A stretch of DNA of 64,000 nt from positions 320,001-384,000 of the forward strand of contig CAVVUN010000015.1 in the NCBI GenBank assembly GCA_963751455.1. Direction: 5' to 3'. A program made the translations under genes and the position numbers. How positions within the stretch are numbered: the first letter of the stretch is position 1; every line of letters begins with the position of its first letter. Under the pieces are notes generated by a model. It ran no database searches. It saw only the letters and a list, made by a program, of their open reading frames with translations, and was not told the DNA's origin. Of this stretch, positions 28,991 through 38,723 are shown one piece after another. Origin of the DNA: Nitrospirota bacterium (GTDB lineage Bacteria > Nitrospirota > UBA9217).

Positions 28991-29063
28991 GCTTCCACGT
29001 GTGCGCTTCCCTGCGCCTGTAGTCAGGCCAGATAGAGCAAATATAAAACCAAGGAGGAGGTAT

Positions 29064-29582
29064 ATGAAGGTTTTAATGGCGGTAGACGAGACAGCCGGTT
29101 CAAAATCCGTAGTGAATGTTTACAAAACCATGGTCCGCGAACCGGAAAGCGTCGTCCTGGTCCATGTTCAGCGGCTCCAGGGCAAGTCGTTGATGATCGA
29201 CATGATGAGCGATTCCGAGCTCAAGACCTTGAAGGAGTCGATGCAGGGTACGGACTACAAGGAAGCCCTGGACCTGAAATCTGAAAAGATCATGAGCTTC
29301 TACAAAAAGGAATTGGAGAAAGGCTGCCCGGTCAAGGTGAAGACCGTGATGCGAGAGGGGATTCCTTCTCAAGAGATACTGAAGGTGGCCAAAGAAGAGA
29401 AAGTAGACCTGATTATCATGGGATGCAACGGGAAGTCGGGGCTCCAGCGGCTGATTGCCGGATGCTCGACGAAGGAAGTAGAACGGGCCGCAACAGTGCC
29501 CGTACTGGTCGCAAAAACAGCCGGGTGTGAAAAAACGGCTGAATATGAATTTGAGCGGAGGGAAGCGTATGCTGCACAGTAG
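29064..29582 (+). CDS. Universal stress protein
   Basis: ATG after AGGAGGAGG; USP motifs. Confidence 0.9.
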   Translation: MKVLMAVDETAGSKSVVNVYKTMVREPESVVLVHVQRLQGKSLMIDMMSDSELKTLKESMQGTDYKEALDLKSEKIMSFYKKELEKGCPVKVKTVMREGIPSQEILKVAKEEKVDLIIMGCNGKSGLQRLIAGCSTKEVERAATVPVLVAKTAGCEKTAEYEFERREAYAAQ

Positions 29583-30666
29583 TGTTGTTTCTTTCGGGAC
29601 AGCGATATTTATGGGTCTTGCGCTGGGTTATATTCTGCAGAGAGGCCGCTTTTGTCTGAATTCGGCCTTTCGCGACATTATTTTTATGCAGGACATGACG
29701 CTCTTCAGAGCGTATCTCCTGGCCCTTGTCGTAGCGGCTGTCGGCTCTAACCTGATCGAAGATCTGGGATTTCTTCAGGCGATCAATGCCGATACCGGCG
29801 CTTTCGAAACTACCGAGCTCCTGCGCCAGAGCTTCGTTCCCATTGCTAATATACTCGGCGGATTTCTGTTCGGACTCGGCATCGTTCTGGCAGGCGGATG
29901 CGCAAGCGGCATCGTGTACCGCATCGGGGAAGGCCAGTTGTCGGCGCTCATTGCAACACTTGGGTTCTTTTTCGGGGCAGTCATGACCGCGGACGGCCTT
30001 CTCAGCCCGATCAACAATTATCTGAAAGGTTTCAAAGTCGAGATCAACGGTACAACAAGTCCGGCGATCTGGGACCTGTTCGGCGGCGGTCCTGCCTTGA
30101 AATGGCTTACGATCGCTATCTTTGCCGTAGGGGTGCTCACCTTTGTTTTCGCGGGAAAGCCGGAGTTCAAGTCGAAGTCCAAAGGTTTTGCGTGGGGAAC
30201 CACCGGCGTTGTTATCGGTGTTCTTACGATCACAGCATGGTGGGTATCATCCTATTTCGGCGGCGCCCCGCGTGGAATGGCGGTCAGCGGTCCTATCAGG
30301 GAATTCTTCAGCGTACTTCTGACCAAGAGTACGCATTCAAGCTTCCCGGAATTCAGCTTCCTCGGCATCTTCCGGGGCTCCTGGGGCATGTTCTTTATTT
30401 TCTCCGTACCGTTCGGAGCGTTGCTGAGCGCTCTTGCGCTCAAGGAATTCAAGTGGAAGATACCTCCCGCAACGGAGTTCCTGACGGTATTTTTCGGAAG
30501 CATCCTCATGGGAATCGGCGCGGTAATTGCCGGCGGCTGTAATCTCGGCCACGGCATAACCGGCATGTCAACGCTGGCTGTTTCCAGCCTGGTTGCGATC
30601 ATTTCGATCATCCTTGGCAACTGGACCATGGTTTACTTCAAGATGATCAAACCGATGAAGGATTAA
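29569..30666 (+). CDS. YeeE/YedE sulfur-compound (thiosulfate) transporter
   Basis: QRGRFC, LAGGCASG and IAGGCNLG conserved Cys motifs. Confidence 0.9.
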   Translation: MLHSSVVSFGTAIFMGLALGYILQRGRFCLNSAFRDIIFMQDMTLFRAYLLALVVAAVGSNLIEDLGFLQAINADTGAFETTELLRQSFVPIANILGGFLFGLGIVLAGGCASGIVYRIGEGQLSALIATLGFFFGAVMTADGLLSPINNYLKGFKVEINGTTSPAIWDLFGGGPALKWLTIAIFAVGVLTFVFAGKPEFKSKSKGFAWGTTGVVIGVLTITAWWVSSYFGGAPRGMAVSGPIREFFSVLLTKSTHSSFPEFSFLGIFRGSWGMFFIFSVPFGALLSALALKEFKWKIPPATEFLTVFFGSILMGIGAVIAGGCNLGHGITGMSTLAVSSLVAIISIILGNWTMVYFKMIKPMKD

Positions 30667-30769
30667 TAAAGCCCCCTTAGGGAAGGGCGGTTCCTGTTTT
30701 TTTGGGGCCGTCCTTTTTTTGTGATCCATAAATCCCGTTCCAGGCAAAGTATTTCCCTGATTTTGACGG

Positions 30770-30943
30770 TTAATCCTAAAAAAAGCATTTGGGACGCAGA
30801 AAAATCGGATAAACGCAGATAAGGTCGGATAAAAAAACGTTCTTGTATCGTAAAAGCAGTCACCCTGCGGGTGAATTTTTTTCTCTAAAAATTCTTTTGT
30901 TTGATCTGCGTTCATCTGCGTCCAACTGCCGTTTTCAGGTTAA
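30770..30943. mobile_element. MITE-like element, inverted copy of 25965-26149
   Basis: Reverse complement matches 25965-26149 except for one missing 9-mer and a few substitutions. Confidence 0.75.
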
Positions 30944-31074
30944 TAAGGTCTCTGATCACGGACGGTGAACGGACTTCATTTCTTTTTTCATACATGGATT
31001 TTTGAAGGCAGGGGCATAAAGCGTAAACGGATTTTGAAACAGGTTTATTTAACCATCAGTGGAAGAATCGAGAG

Positions 31075-31515
31075 TCAAGCCATCGGAGCTGTCGGTTTCC
31101 TTTTACCTGCCATCATGCAGCCTATTGCAGCTATCAGCATGGAGAGCGGTATGAACATGACAAAGGAAACGATAACGCCGCCCAGGGCGGCCAGTCCGAG
31201 TCCCTCGGGTTTAAACACGTAGTTCAAAAGGAAAATCGCGCCTTTGATGACGACATGATCGATAAAGTAGATGACGATGCCTGCCGCAGCCGCCTGCCAG
31301 ATGCCCCCGACATTTTTCCTGGCAACGAGCCAGCCCGCATAAAAAATGATCGAGATCCTTCCGATGTTATAGACGGTATTGCCGACGTTGTAAGGCAGGA
31401 GTGAAAAGAGCGTATTGACGAGGAAGAAGTTAATGACGATAAAGAATACCGGCCGTCTCAGTACGGCCAGAAACTTCTTCAGTTTAATGTTCATAGCGCT
31501 TTTTGATAAATCCAC
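31075..31515 (-). CDS. Hypothetical four-TM membrane protein
   Basis: Hydrophobic ORF; no recognised motif. Confidence 0.55.
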   Translation of the reverse strand: MDLSKSAMNIKLKKFLAVLRRPVFFIVINFFLVNTLFSLLPYNVGNTVYNIGRISIIFYAGWLVARKNVGGIWQAAAAGIVIYFIDHVVIKGAIFLLNYVFKPEGLGLAALGGVIVSFVMFIPLSMLIAAIGCMMAGKRKPTAPMA

Positions 31516-31598
31516 TTTGGAAGGATGGTTTTCATGGGTATTGAGCGACCGGAGAGGCTCTTTGCCGCTACTGCAAGCTTTTCCGTGCTGACCGAAAG

Positions 31599-31632
31599 CT
31601 CCGTGGCCGGATTGTAAACCCGGCCACGGAGA
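31599..31632 (-). terminator. Hairpin downstream of yeeE-tusA-small protein operon
   Basis: CTCCGTGGCCGG-loop-CCGGCCACGGAG. Confidence 0.55.
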
Positions 31633-31649
31633 GATTGATGCAAACCTGA

Positions 31650-31922
31650 TTATTTATAGCCGCCAGCCGCAGGCGCTCCGTGCCCGCCCGCAGCAGGAGC
31701 CGGTGCTCCGTAGCCGCCCACAGCAGGAGCCGGTGCTCCGTACCCGCCCGCAGCAGGAGCTGGCGCTCCGTAGCCGCCCGCAGCAGGAGCCGGTGCTCCG
31801 TAGCCGCCCGCAGCTCCGTGAGTTGCCTGTGCCGTGCTCATGTCGTGCTGCTGACTATAAACCAGCAAAAACCCGATAACGGTCGCCACGATCACAATCA
31901 CAATTACCAGAGGTGCCTTCAT
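31650..31922 (-). CDS. Small membrane-anchored protein with GGYGAPAPAA repeats
   Basis: RBS AGGAGG; N-terminal TM; 30-bp tandem repeats at 31681-31815. Confidence 0.75.
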   Translation of the reverse strand: MKAPLVIVIVIVATVIGFLLVYSQQHDMSTAQATHGAAGGYGAPAPAAGGYGAPAPAAGGYGAPAPAVGGYGAPAPAAGGHGAPAAGGYK

Positions 31923-31953
31923 AAGATCCTCCTGAGATACGGTTTAACCCGTC

Positions 31954-32205
31954 TCACGCTTTTTGGATTTTAAAGATGATCTTGCCGCCTTCGTTCTTCT
32001 TTTCGACGAGGTCGTGTCCAGCCTGGTCGATCATCTGAACAATGGTTTCCGCAGACGAGGGGTTGTCGAAAATCATCTTGAGCGTATCACCGGACGCGAT
32101 TTTCTCCAGGGATTTTTTGCAGTATATCTGCGGATGAGGGCACACATAGCCGCACACATCCAGCATGTATACCCCATCACCTTTTTTCTCAAACTTCATA
32201 GCCAT
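31954..32205 (-). CDS. tusA: TusA/YeeD-family sulfurtransferase
   Basis: LDVCGYVCPHP motif. Confidence 0.9.
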   Translation of the reverse strand: MAMKFEKKGDGVYMLDVCGYVCPHPQIYCKKSLEKIASGDTLKMIFDNPSSAETIVQMIDQAGHDLVEKKNEGGKIIFKIQKA

Positions 32206-32236
32206 GACGAATTACCTCCTTAAGAGTAAATTGATG

Positions 32237-33664
32237 TTATTGAACACCGAAATCGGCCATTTCCGCGGCCATCTTTCTTTCTGACCACCAGTTGAAGAAC
32301 TTGACGCCTCCATAAGCTCCGGTGACCATTCCGATACCGTACAGCCATCCGCTCGGATCGCCGCCGGCTACGCGGATGAAGAATGCTCCGATATTGCATC
32401 CGAGCGCTGGACGGGATCCCAGTCCCATAAGGGTGCCGCCCAAGAGCCCCCAGACGATGAGTTCGCCTTTCGGCAGTTTGAACTTGAACTCCTTGCTGAG
32501 GAGGGACATGATCATGGCGCCGAAGATAATCCCGAGGGACATCCAGAGCGCGGGGTTGCGCCAGAGCTGCGGTAATCCGTTATTCAATCCGAAGAAGATA
32601 TTGTCCCGCATGTTCCAACCGAGTTTATCCAGCACCCAGGCCCCGAACTGTCCTTCCTGGGTGGTAATATACCAGTACCCCGGATCGAAAACAGTACCCC
32701 GGGCGCCGGTATCGGCAGCATGGCCCATCCGTATAAGCAGTTCTCCAAAGTTGGTAATGCCGAACTTGATCTGCATGCCCTTCATCACGAATATGTGCAG
32801 GCCCGCGGTAATGCCTATGATGACGCCCATCAGGGTCGTCCGCTTTGAAGCGGTCAGCATGCTCCAAATTCCGGCAAAATTGTCCGAAAATGAAGTGGGC
32901 TTGCTTGTCTGCTTTGCCCGCTTCTTGAGGAACCCTTTGCGGATGTAGAAAGCATAGATGACAACGATCAGCACGAGGGCCGGAATGATTGCGCTGATCA
33001 GCGCGTCACCGATGAAGTATTTTGAAGCGCCCGGGAGGGCACCTCCAATCGCTTTCGTGTGGGAGAGCTGGATGGCGGGTTGATCCCATACGTAACCGGT
33101 CAGGTAGTAGTCGAACCAGGAGCTCATTTTGTCGGCGGGAAGATTTTTAGCCGCGCTGGCAACCTTCCAGCTTTCAGGTACGAGTTTCAGAAAAGGACCG
33201 CCGAGGTCGACGAAGATCGCCTGGCCGAAAGATATGCCGAGGATGGAAAGAATCGATGTGCCATTGCCTTCACCGATTTTGTACAAAGATCCCGAGGCGC
33301 ACCCGCCGGCAAGAACCATTCCGACGCCGAAAATGACGCCCGATATCAGCGTATGAACGCCAAACGGGGCCGGGTGGAAGGTGCTCATATTGGTTGAAGC
33401 GAGTGTGGCCTGAATAATGCTGAAAAAGATGAGAGCTACGAGAATCCCGACGGCCATGCGGGGAACTCCCGCGGCAAACAAATCTCGCGACGCCGAAGCG
33501 AAACAGAAACGCCCGTATTGAAGCATCATGCCGTACGCAATGCCGAACCAGATATATACTACCACATAGATGTAGTATACATTTGCCTTGTAATAGGCCA
33601 GACTGATCAGGACCATCAAGCCAGTTACTATGAAGGCCCAAATCTGATTTCGTTTCTCTTCCAT
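32237..33664 (-). CDS. YeeE/YedE-related transporter (long form)
   Basis: YGRFCFASA, LAGGCASGSLYK and ALGCNIGAFF motifs. Confidence 0.9.
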   Translation of the reverse strand: MEEKRNQIWAFIVTGLMVLISLAYYKANVYYIYVVVYIWFGIAYGMMLQYGRFCFASASRDLFAAGVPRMAVGILVALIFFSIIQATLASTNMSTFHPAPFGVHTLISGVIFGVGMVLAGGCASGSLYKIGEGNGTSILSILGISFGQAIFVDLGGPFLKLVPESWKVASAAKNLPADKMSSWFDYYLTGYVWDQPAIQLSHTKAIGGALPGASKYFIGDALISAIIPALVLIVVIYAFYIRKGFLKKRAKQTSKPTSFSDNFAGIWSMLTASKRTTLMGVIIGITAGLHIFVMKGMQIKFGITNFGELLIRMGHAADTGARGTVFDPGYWYITTQEGQFGAWVLDKLGWNMRDNIFFGLNNGLPQLWRNPALWMSLGIIFGAMIMSLLSKEFKFKLPKGELIVWGLLGGTLMGLGSRPALGCNIGAFFIRVAGGDPSGWLYGIGMVTGAYGGVKFFNWWSERKMAAEMADFGVQ

Positions 33665-34000
33665 AAGACTATTTCCCCCTTAAAAAAATAGTTTTGAAAG
33701 GTGTGACCAAGGATTATATCAGCGCGTATTTTCTTTAGTCGCCCTCCTTTCGCTTGAGATTCTGCGTTGACCGATAAATTTTATTTATGGGTCGGGATGG
33801 AAAACTTATGCGATTTATCAGCACATTAGGACGTACTGTACATTGATAGCACAATCAGGGAAATAAAGACAAGCACTATTTTTTCTTTGCAGAGTTGCTA
33901 AATTACTTAACTTGTAATGATAAGACAAGGCCAAATTCGGCCGGAAATAAGGGGTGCGATACGAGTAAGGCGATGCAGGAAGCTTACGATTAACTGAATC

Positions 34001-35682
34001 CTATTTCTGGTATAATCTGATGCCGACTGTAGATTGAAAAACGTTTTCATTCGCGGTGAATGTCTGTAGTAATCGGTGCCCTTCCAGTTTCTTTCGAACC
34101 GTCCCGGGCAGCTCTGAGGACCTTGCGTCGGAGATAACAACAACAGGCAGCCCCCGATCACGGTCCTGAAGGCAGTTATAATACGGCGGGTCCCGGTAGA
34201 GCCAGGTGAAGCGGAGCGAGGAATTCCGGATTGTCTGTGCGGGCGGGGAGGCGGAAGCGTCGAACCGATAGCATATTTGTTTTGTCGTAAAGAGGTCGAG
34301 AAGCGGAACGGACACCGCCGGGTTCACAAGCGGCTCCGGCGGGGCCAGCGTTACAACTTCGATTTGCCTGCTCTGGAGCGTTTCCAGGTAAGCGCCTGCG
34401 TGTTTGATATTCTGGGCACTCATGCTCGTGGCGAACGGCAGGTAGGCGCAGAAAACGACGACCAAAGACGAGGCCACAGTGCCGTACAGGATCAAACGCC
34501 GTCGATCTTGCCGGACAGTATTCAGCCCGTACCCGGCCATGAGAGCGAGCATCGGGAAGGCGGGTATAATGTACCGGATCCTTTTGATATCGAGCAGTAC
34601 GATCATCAAAATGAGCCAACTCGTGATTAACAACTTCCAATCACGCCTTCGTATGGCGGCAACAATGGAAACCAGAGCGAGTATTGATATAAAGGGATGG
34701 ACCTGAAAAAAAAGGTCGAAAAGAAGCTTTCACCCCACCGTTCGAGCCCAGGTATTTGATATCCTCTCAGCAGGGAGATCTGCTCGGAAATGACATCCGG
34801 TTTTGTGGACAAAATTGCGGCGGACAGCAAACCTGAAGCGGCTAGTACCAGAAAGCCGCGTCGCGCACAAGTGCGGCCGGTTGTTGCTTTTTTTTCAAAA
34901 TAGTGAACGGCAAGCATAACCGGAAGAATGGAGAGCAACAGCCATGAAGAATATTTTGAGAGGACGGCAAGCACTATTGAAACTGCAGAGATACTGATCC
35001 AAATGCCGCCGCTTCTGTTCATTGCTTCAAGGAACGCAAAGACGGCGAGCGTGAAGAAGCACATTGTCGGAACATCCACGAGCATGAGCGGAACCTGCGT
35101 GAGCAGGTAGGGAATGCCGAGAAGCAGGAGCGCACCGGAAAAACCGGTTTCCCTGCCCCAAAGCCTTTTCCCAATCAGGTAGGTAAGAACCGTTGTGAGC
35201 GAAAAAAGGGCTGTTGTAAAGACCTGTATGCCTGCCCTGGTTTCACCGAAGACCTTAAAAATGAATCCGTAGAGGAAGGGGACAAGCGGCATATCCGTCC
35301 AGGCGACGATTCCACCGCCCCATTCTTCAAAAAAATACGGGATTCCGTAGATTTCCAGATGTTTTGCCTGCGTAAAGTACCGGGAAGCGTCGATGATAAG
35401 TTCGGGTTCCTGCCATAATGGGACAATTGCCGCAAATGAGATAACCGCAAGAAAAGGGATATGATAATCGTCGGGGACCGCCCACAGCGAGAGAAAAGCA
35501 GCGATCACGAGACCGGCTGCGAGAAAGAGATAGACCGGCCACCCCTCCACTGCCGCAAATACCCAGGACCAGCTGAAAAGACTGTTATCATCCAGACCTC
35601 GCAAAAAAAAGGCGGTGATAAAGACAGGGAGAAAAAGAGCAAGGATTGCGAAAACAGCCGTCGTTCTTTTCATGTGACGCAT
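34001..35682 (-). pseudogene. ArnT/GT39-like membrane glycosyltransferase split by one frameshift
   Basis: ORFs 34627-35682 and 34001-34633 join if the A8 run at 34706-34713 is A9 (…STFFF-QVHPFISILALVS…); D..PL and LSKYS GT-C motifs. Confidence 0.7.
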
Positions 35683-35819
35683 TATAGCATTACGTCATTT
35701 CAAGTTCTATGCTTTAAAATCGGATGGTCAAACAGCTGTGGTTAAAGATTTAAGAGCCGGGATTCTGTCAAGGTAAGTGATTCCGGGAGGCACCGAAGCG
35801 ATGCCTCCCGGGGAGTTGA

Positions 35820-36320
35820 CTATTTTGCGAGCGGGTAATTACTTGTCGCCGCGTTTTGAATTGCAGTCTGCATATTCTGTCCGCCGCGATAGTCCTTGAT
35901 CCAGGCGGCATAACCGAAGGACATGGTGTATGCGTCGTATCCCAGAGCCCTTAATCCTACGACCGGAAGGTTCTGGATCTGACCGGTTACGCATACGAGG
36001 ATGACTTTTTTGTTCTTGGGAAGCTTTTTGAGATTCTCGGGCTTGAAGATGTCCTGATTGGAGATCTGAATGGCCCCGGGTATATGGCCTGCGCTGAATT
36101 CAGCCGGATTGGGGCGAACATCAACAACGACGAAGTCCGTTTTTTTCTGGTCGATCATTTCCTTGACCTCATCGGCCGGTATCTGCCAGAACTTCACCTG
36201 GGCGCCTTTCGAAAGCACCGCATTGAGTTTTGATGCCATATCGTCCGCGCCCCACGATGCGGGAACTGCAACCGAGACCGATAGCACAAGAACCAGCAGC
36301 ATGACAATTCTCTTTTTCAT
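35820..36320 (-). CDS. Exported rhodanese-like sulfurtransferase
   Basis: Signal peptide MKKRIVMLLVLVLSVSVAVPASWG; DVR...GHIPGA; active-site loop CVTGQ. Confidence 0.85.
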   Translation of the reverse strand: MKKRIVMLLVLVLSVSVAVPASWGADDMASKLNAVLSKGAQVKFWQIPADEVKEMIDQKKTDFVVVDVRPNPAEFSAGHIPGAIQISNQDIFKPENLKKLPKNKKVILVCVTGQIQNLPVVGLRALGYDAYTMSFGYAAWIKDYRGGQNMQTAIQNAATSNYPLAK

Positions 36321-36388
36321 TTTCCCCCTCCTCTGATTTTGGTATGTTCTGATCGGGACAGATTCCCGAGAACGGCTTGTTGCCATGT

Positions 36389-36691
36389 CTAGAGTACGAT
36401 TACCTTATCCGCGTCATGATGCATGACCGCGTTGTTGTACTGACTGCCGCACACGATCTCTTTGGGAAGTCCTTCGGATGTGACCCCTATGTGTTTCGCG
36501 CTATGATCGCAAAAGCCGACAGTGACGCCCGGCGTCTTGCAGAGTTCCGCATATTGAGGTGTTCCAACGAGTTTTGTTCCCTCGTCCATATTGAACAGGA
36601 TCACGGTATGTCCTTTTGCCAGGGCCGCCTTCGTTATTCCCTGCACGGCCTCCATATTTTTATCAGTATTCACGAATATGCCTAATTTCAT
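36389..36691 (-). CDS. DsrE-family protein
   Basis: LGIFV...F.MDEG...CDHSA...CGSQY...ADKVIVL. Confidence 0.85.
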   Translation of the reverse strand: MKLGIFVNTDKNMEAVQGITKAALAKGHTVILFNMDEGTKLVGTPQYAELCKTPGVTVGFCDHSAKHIGVTSEGLPKEIVCGSQYNNAVMHHDADKVIVL

Positions 36692-36759
36692 GAGTAGTGC
36701 CTCCTCTCGAATTTCCGCACCCGGTTGAATGACCGTGGGCGCTCATTGCTCGTCAACGA

Positions 36760-36927
36760 TTACCAGGAGATTACCTTGTCGCTGGAAAAAATAAGGTCCA
36801 CGAGCTGGTCGTAGTTTTTATTTTGCTGAATGTTGATGACGGTTACTTCGTTTCCTTTTTTATGTTCTTCCAGAATCTTTTTTGCCGTAGCATCCAATTC
36901 CTTTTTCTGAATATGCAGAATTTTCAT
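36760..36927 (-). CDS. Small DsrH/TusB-like protein (55 aa; not in ORF track)
   Basis: Manual translation MKILHIQKKELDATAKKILEEHKKGNEVTVINIQQNKNYDQLVDLIFSSDKVISW*; RBS GAGGTG; C-terminus resembles DsrH. Confidence 0.75.
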   Translation of the reverse strand: MKILHIQKKELDATAKKILEEHKKGNEVTVINIQQNKNYDQLVDLIFSSDKVISW

Positions 36928-36952
36928 CGTTTATCACCTCGTTCGGATAGTA

Positions 36953-37225
36953 TTAAAACGGCACGATATGGTCATATTCCAGCAGTTTTGTGGCTAGTTC
37001 TTCTGTGGACATGTATTCCATACCGGCGTTGTCTTTTGTATTCGTAGCCAACTTCATTCCCATGTCCTTGATGGTCTCGATATTCAGATCGTTGTCGTCG
37101 TTTTTTTCGACTTTTCTATCGAGCACGTACACATCGATGCTGTCATCCATCAACGTGATTCCTACCGACATTCTCAGGGCTTCTCCCTGACGGTCTCGTA
37201 CGAGTACCGCTATTTTTTTACCCAT
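36953..37225 (-). CDS. DsrF/DsrE-like protein lacking Cys
   Basis: KKIAVLV...EALRMSVG...LLEYDHIVPF. Confidence 0.7.
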   Translation of the reverse strand: MGKKIAVLVRDRQGEALRMSVGITLMDDSIDVYVLDRKVEKNDDNDLNIETIKDMGMKLATNTKDNAGMEYMSTEELATKLLEYDHIVPF

Positions 37226-37733
37226 GATCTCCTCCTTGATCGGATTCTAATGATGTTCTTTATATAGCTGCATCGGATATGGCTAAAGAAGATTATTTGC
37301 CGGACCACCTCCTCTGGCTGAAATTCCATCAACGACCAGGCGGTGCATTAAATAAACCGGAACAGTTTGCGAAGTTCAACGCATACATGTTGCCGCCGCG
37401 TTACTGTTGCAGAATATAGAAAATTGTCAGTTTGCAAACAATATAAAACGCGAGAGCGAATAATGTTCTACGATAATATAATCAAAATCAAATTGCAAGA
37501 AAAGAGCGTTGTCCGGTCCATAAACTCTCATTATAGAGCAATGAAAGAAATTAATACAACAAGATGGAACGGCAATGCGTTTCCAGTATTGACATGCTGA
37601 GTGGTTTTTGTTAAGGTGGGGCATTCAAAAGCAATTCATGTAAGAAGATGCCTTTGCCGACACTTGGTTATGACAAATTAAGCGGGCTGGAGCCCGAATT
37701 TGATGCTTACTATACCGATTGAGGAGGAACAAA

Positions 37734-37982
37734 ATGGGACTGAAAGACGAAACTCCAAAAGAAACGCTGGATACCCTTGGAAGGGTATGCCCTTATCCGC
37801 TGTTGTTGACAAAAAAGGCGCTTGAAAAGCTTGGAAGCGGCCAGACACTGAAAGTACTCTGCGATGCACCAGCGTCTGCAGAAGACAGCATCCCCCGGTA
37901 TGCCGAGAAGCAAGGTTATACGTTTGAATCGGTAAAGGTTGAAGACAAGGGAATGTGGGAGCTTTTTATCAAGAAGTCGTAA
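37734..37982 (+). CDS. tusA: TusA-family sulfurtransferase
   Basis: LDTLGRVCPYP; RBS GAGGAGG; terminator at about 38018-38049. Confidence 0.9.
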   Translation: MGLKDETPKETLDTLGRVCPYPLLLTKKALEKLGSGQTLKVLCDAPASAEDSIPRYAEKQGYTFESVKVEDKGMWELFIKKS

Positions 37983-38196
37983 AGTCGTGATCTGTCAATA
38001 ACGACTGAGAACACCACGCCGGGAAGATCAATCTGCCCGGCTTTTTTTACCGGAAAGCTGCTATTTTGTGCAGTATTTTGCTCTTGACAGGCACTTATCT
38101 GTCGGGCATAGTAAGCACAGTTATCACCATCCGGACGTTATCTATGGGAGAATACGTTCGCAGTTTTATTTAGCTGAATCCTTGGCAGGAGGATAC

Positions 38197-38511
38197 ATGG
38201 CTGGATCAAAACTATTGGCGGATGTTCTTCAGGAGCTCAATACCGGCAAAAAAACAGGAGCGCTTTTTATATCAGTGACTGAAGCGAGCGAGAACCTTGT
38301 TCGCTTCTATTTTAGAGAAGGAAATATCTATACGGTATCGTATGGCCCGCTCAAGGACAAAGAGTGTCTGGATATCCTTGACTGCTACAGCTTCAACAAA
38401 ATAATCTATTTCGAGGGTCTGAAGTCGCCTCAAGCATCGTCGGATCTTCCATCAACGGCGGACATCATATCGATGATAAGAAAAGGCGGCAAGGAAGTGC
38501 ATACGGATTGA
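38197..38511 (+). CDS. DUF4388/PATAN-like small protein
   Basis: LADVLQELNTGKKTGALFI...FYFREGNI pattern; RBS AGGAGG. Confidence 0.5.
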   Translation: MAGSKLLADVLQELNTGKKTGALFISVTEASENLVRFYFREGNIYTVSYGPLKDKECLDILDCYSFNKIIYFEGLKSPQASSDLPSTADIISMIRKGGKEVHTD

Positions 38512-38670
38512 GATTGAATCGTATTTTCGTCGGTCATCCCTGCTTTCCCCTGTCTTTCCCCTGTAAGAGTTGTCTTTTCTCCTTTCCGGACTGTATCAAA
38601 TGCCACAAGATGCCCCGATTCGAAAGCTCCGGCTACCGTCAAATCCTTGATTCTTTTGAGTTCACTATTC

Positions 38671-38686
38671 TGGCAAACCTATTGCT
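38671..38686 (+). promoter_or_regulatory. Sigma-54 promoter
   Basis: TGGCAAACCTATTGCT (GG-N10-GC), 37 bp before ATG 38724. Confidence 0.7.
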
Positions 38687-38723
38687 AAAGACCTGTTGTA
38701 CCAATATCGAAACGAGGTTAATC

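Noticed and set aside
37381-37396. Minus-strand sigma-54 promoter (CGGCAACATGTATGC) for the dsrE-like operon
   Set aside because: Spacing fits but the consensus match is weak; not supported enough to call
31954-37982. Selenocysteine recoding in sulfur-carrier genes
   Set aside because: Active-site residues are ordinary Cys codons; no in-frame TGA seen at conserved positions
38508-38723. Cys-rich N-terminal extension of ORF 38508-39671
   Set aside because: Contains the sigma-54 promoter; RBS and ATG are at 38724
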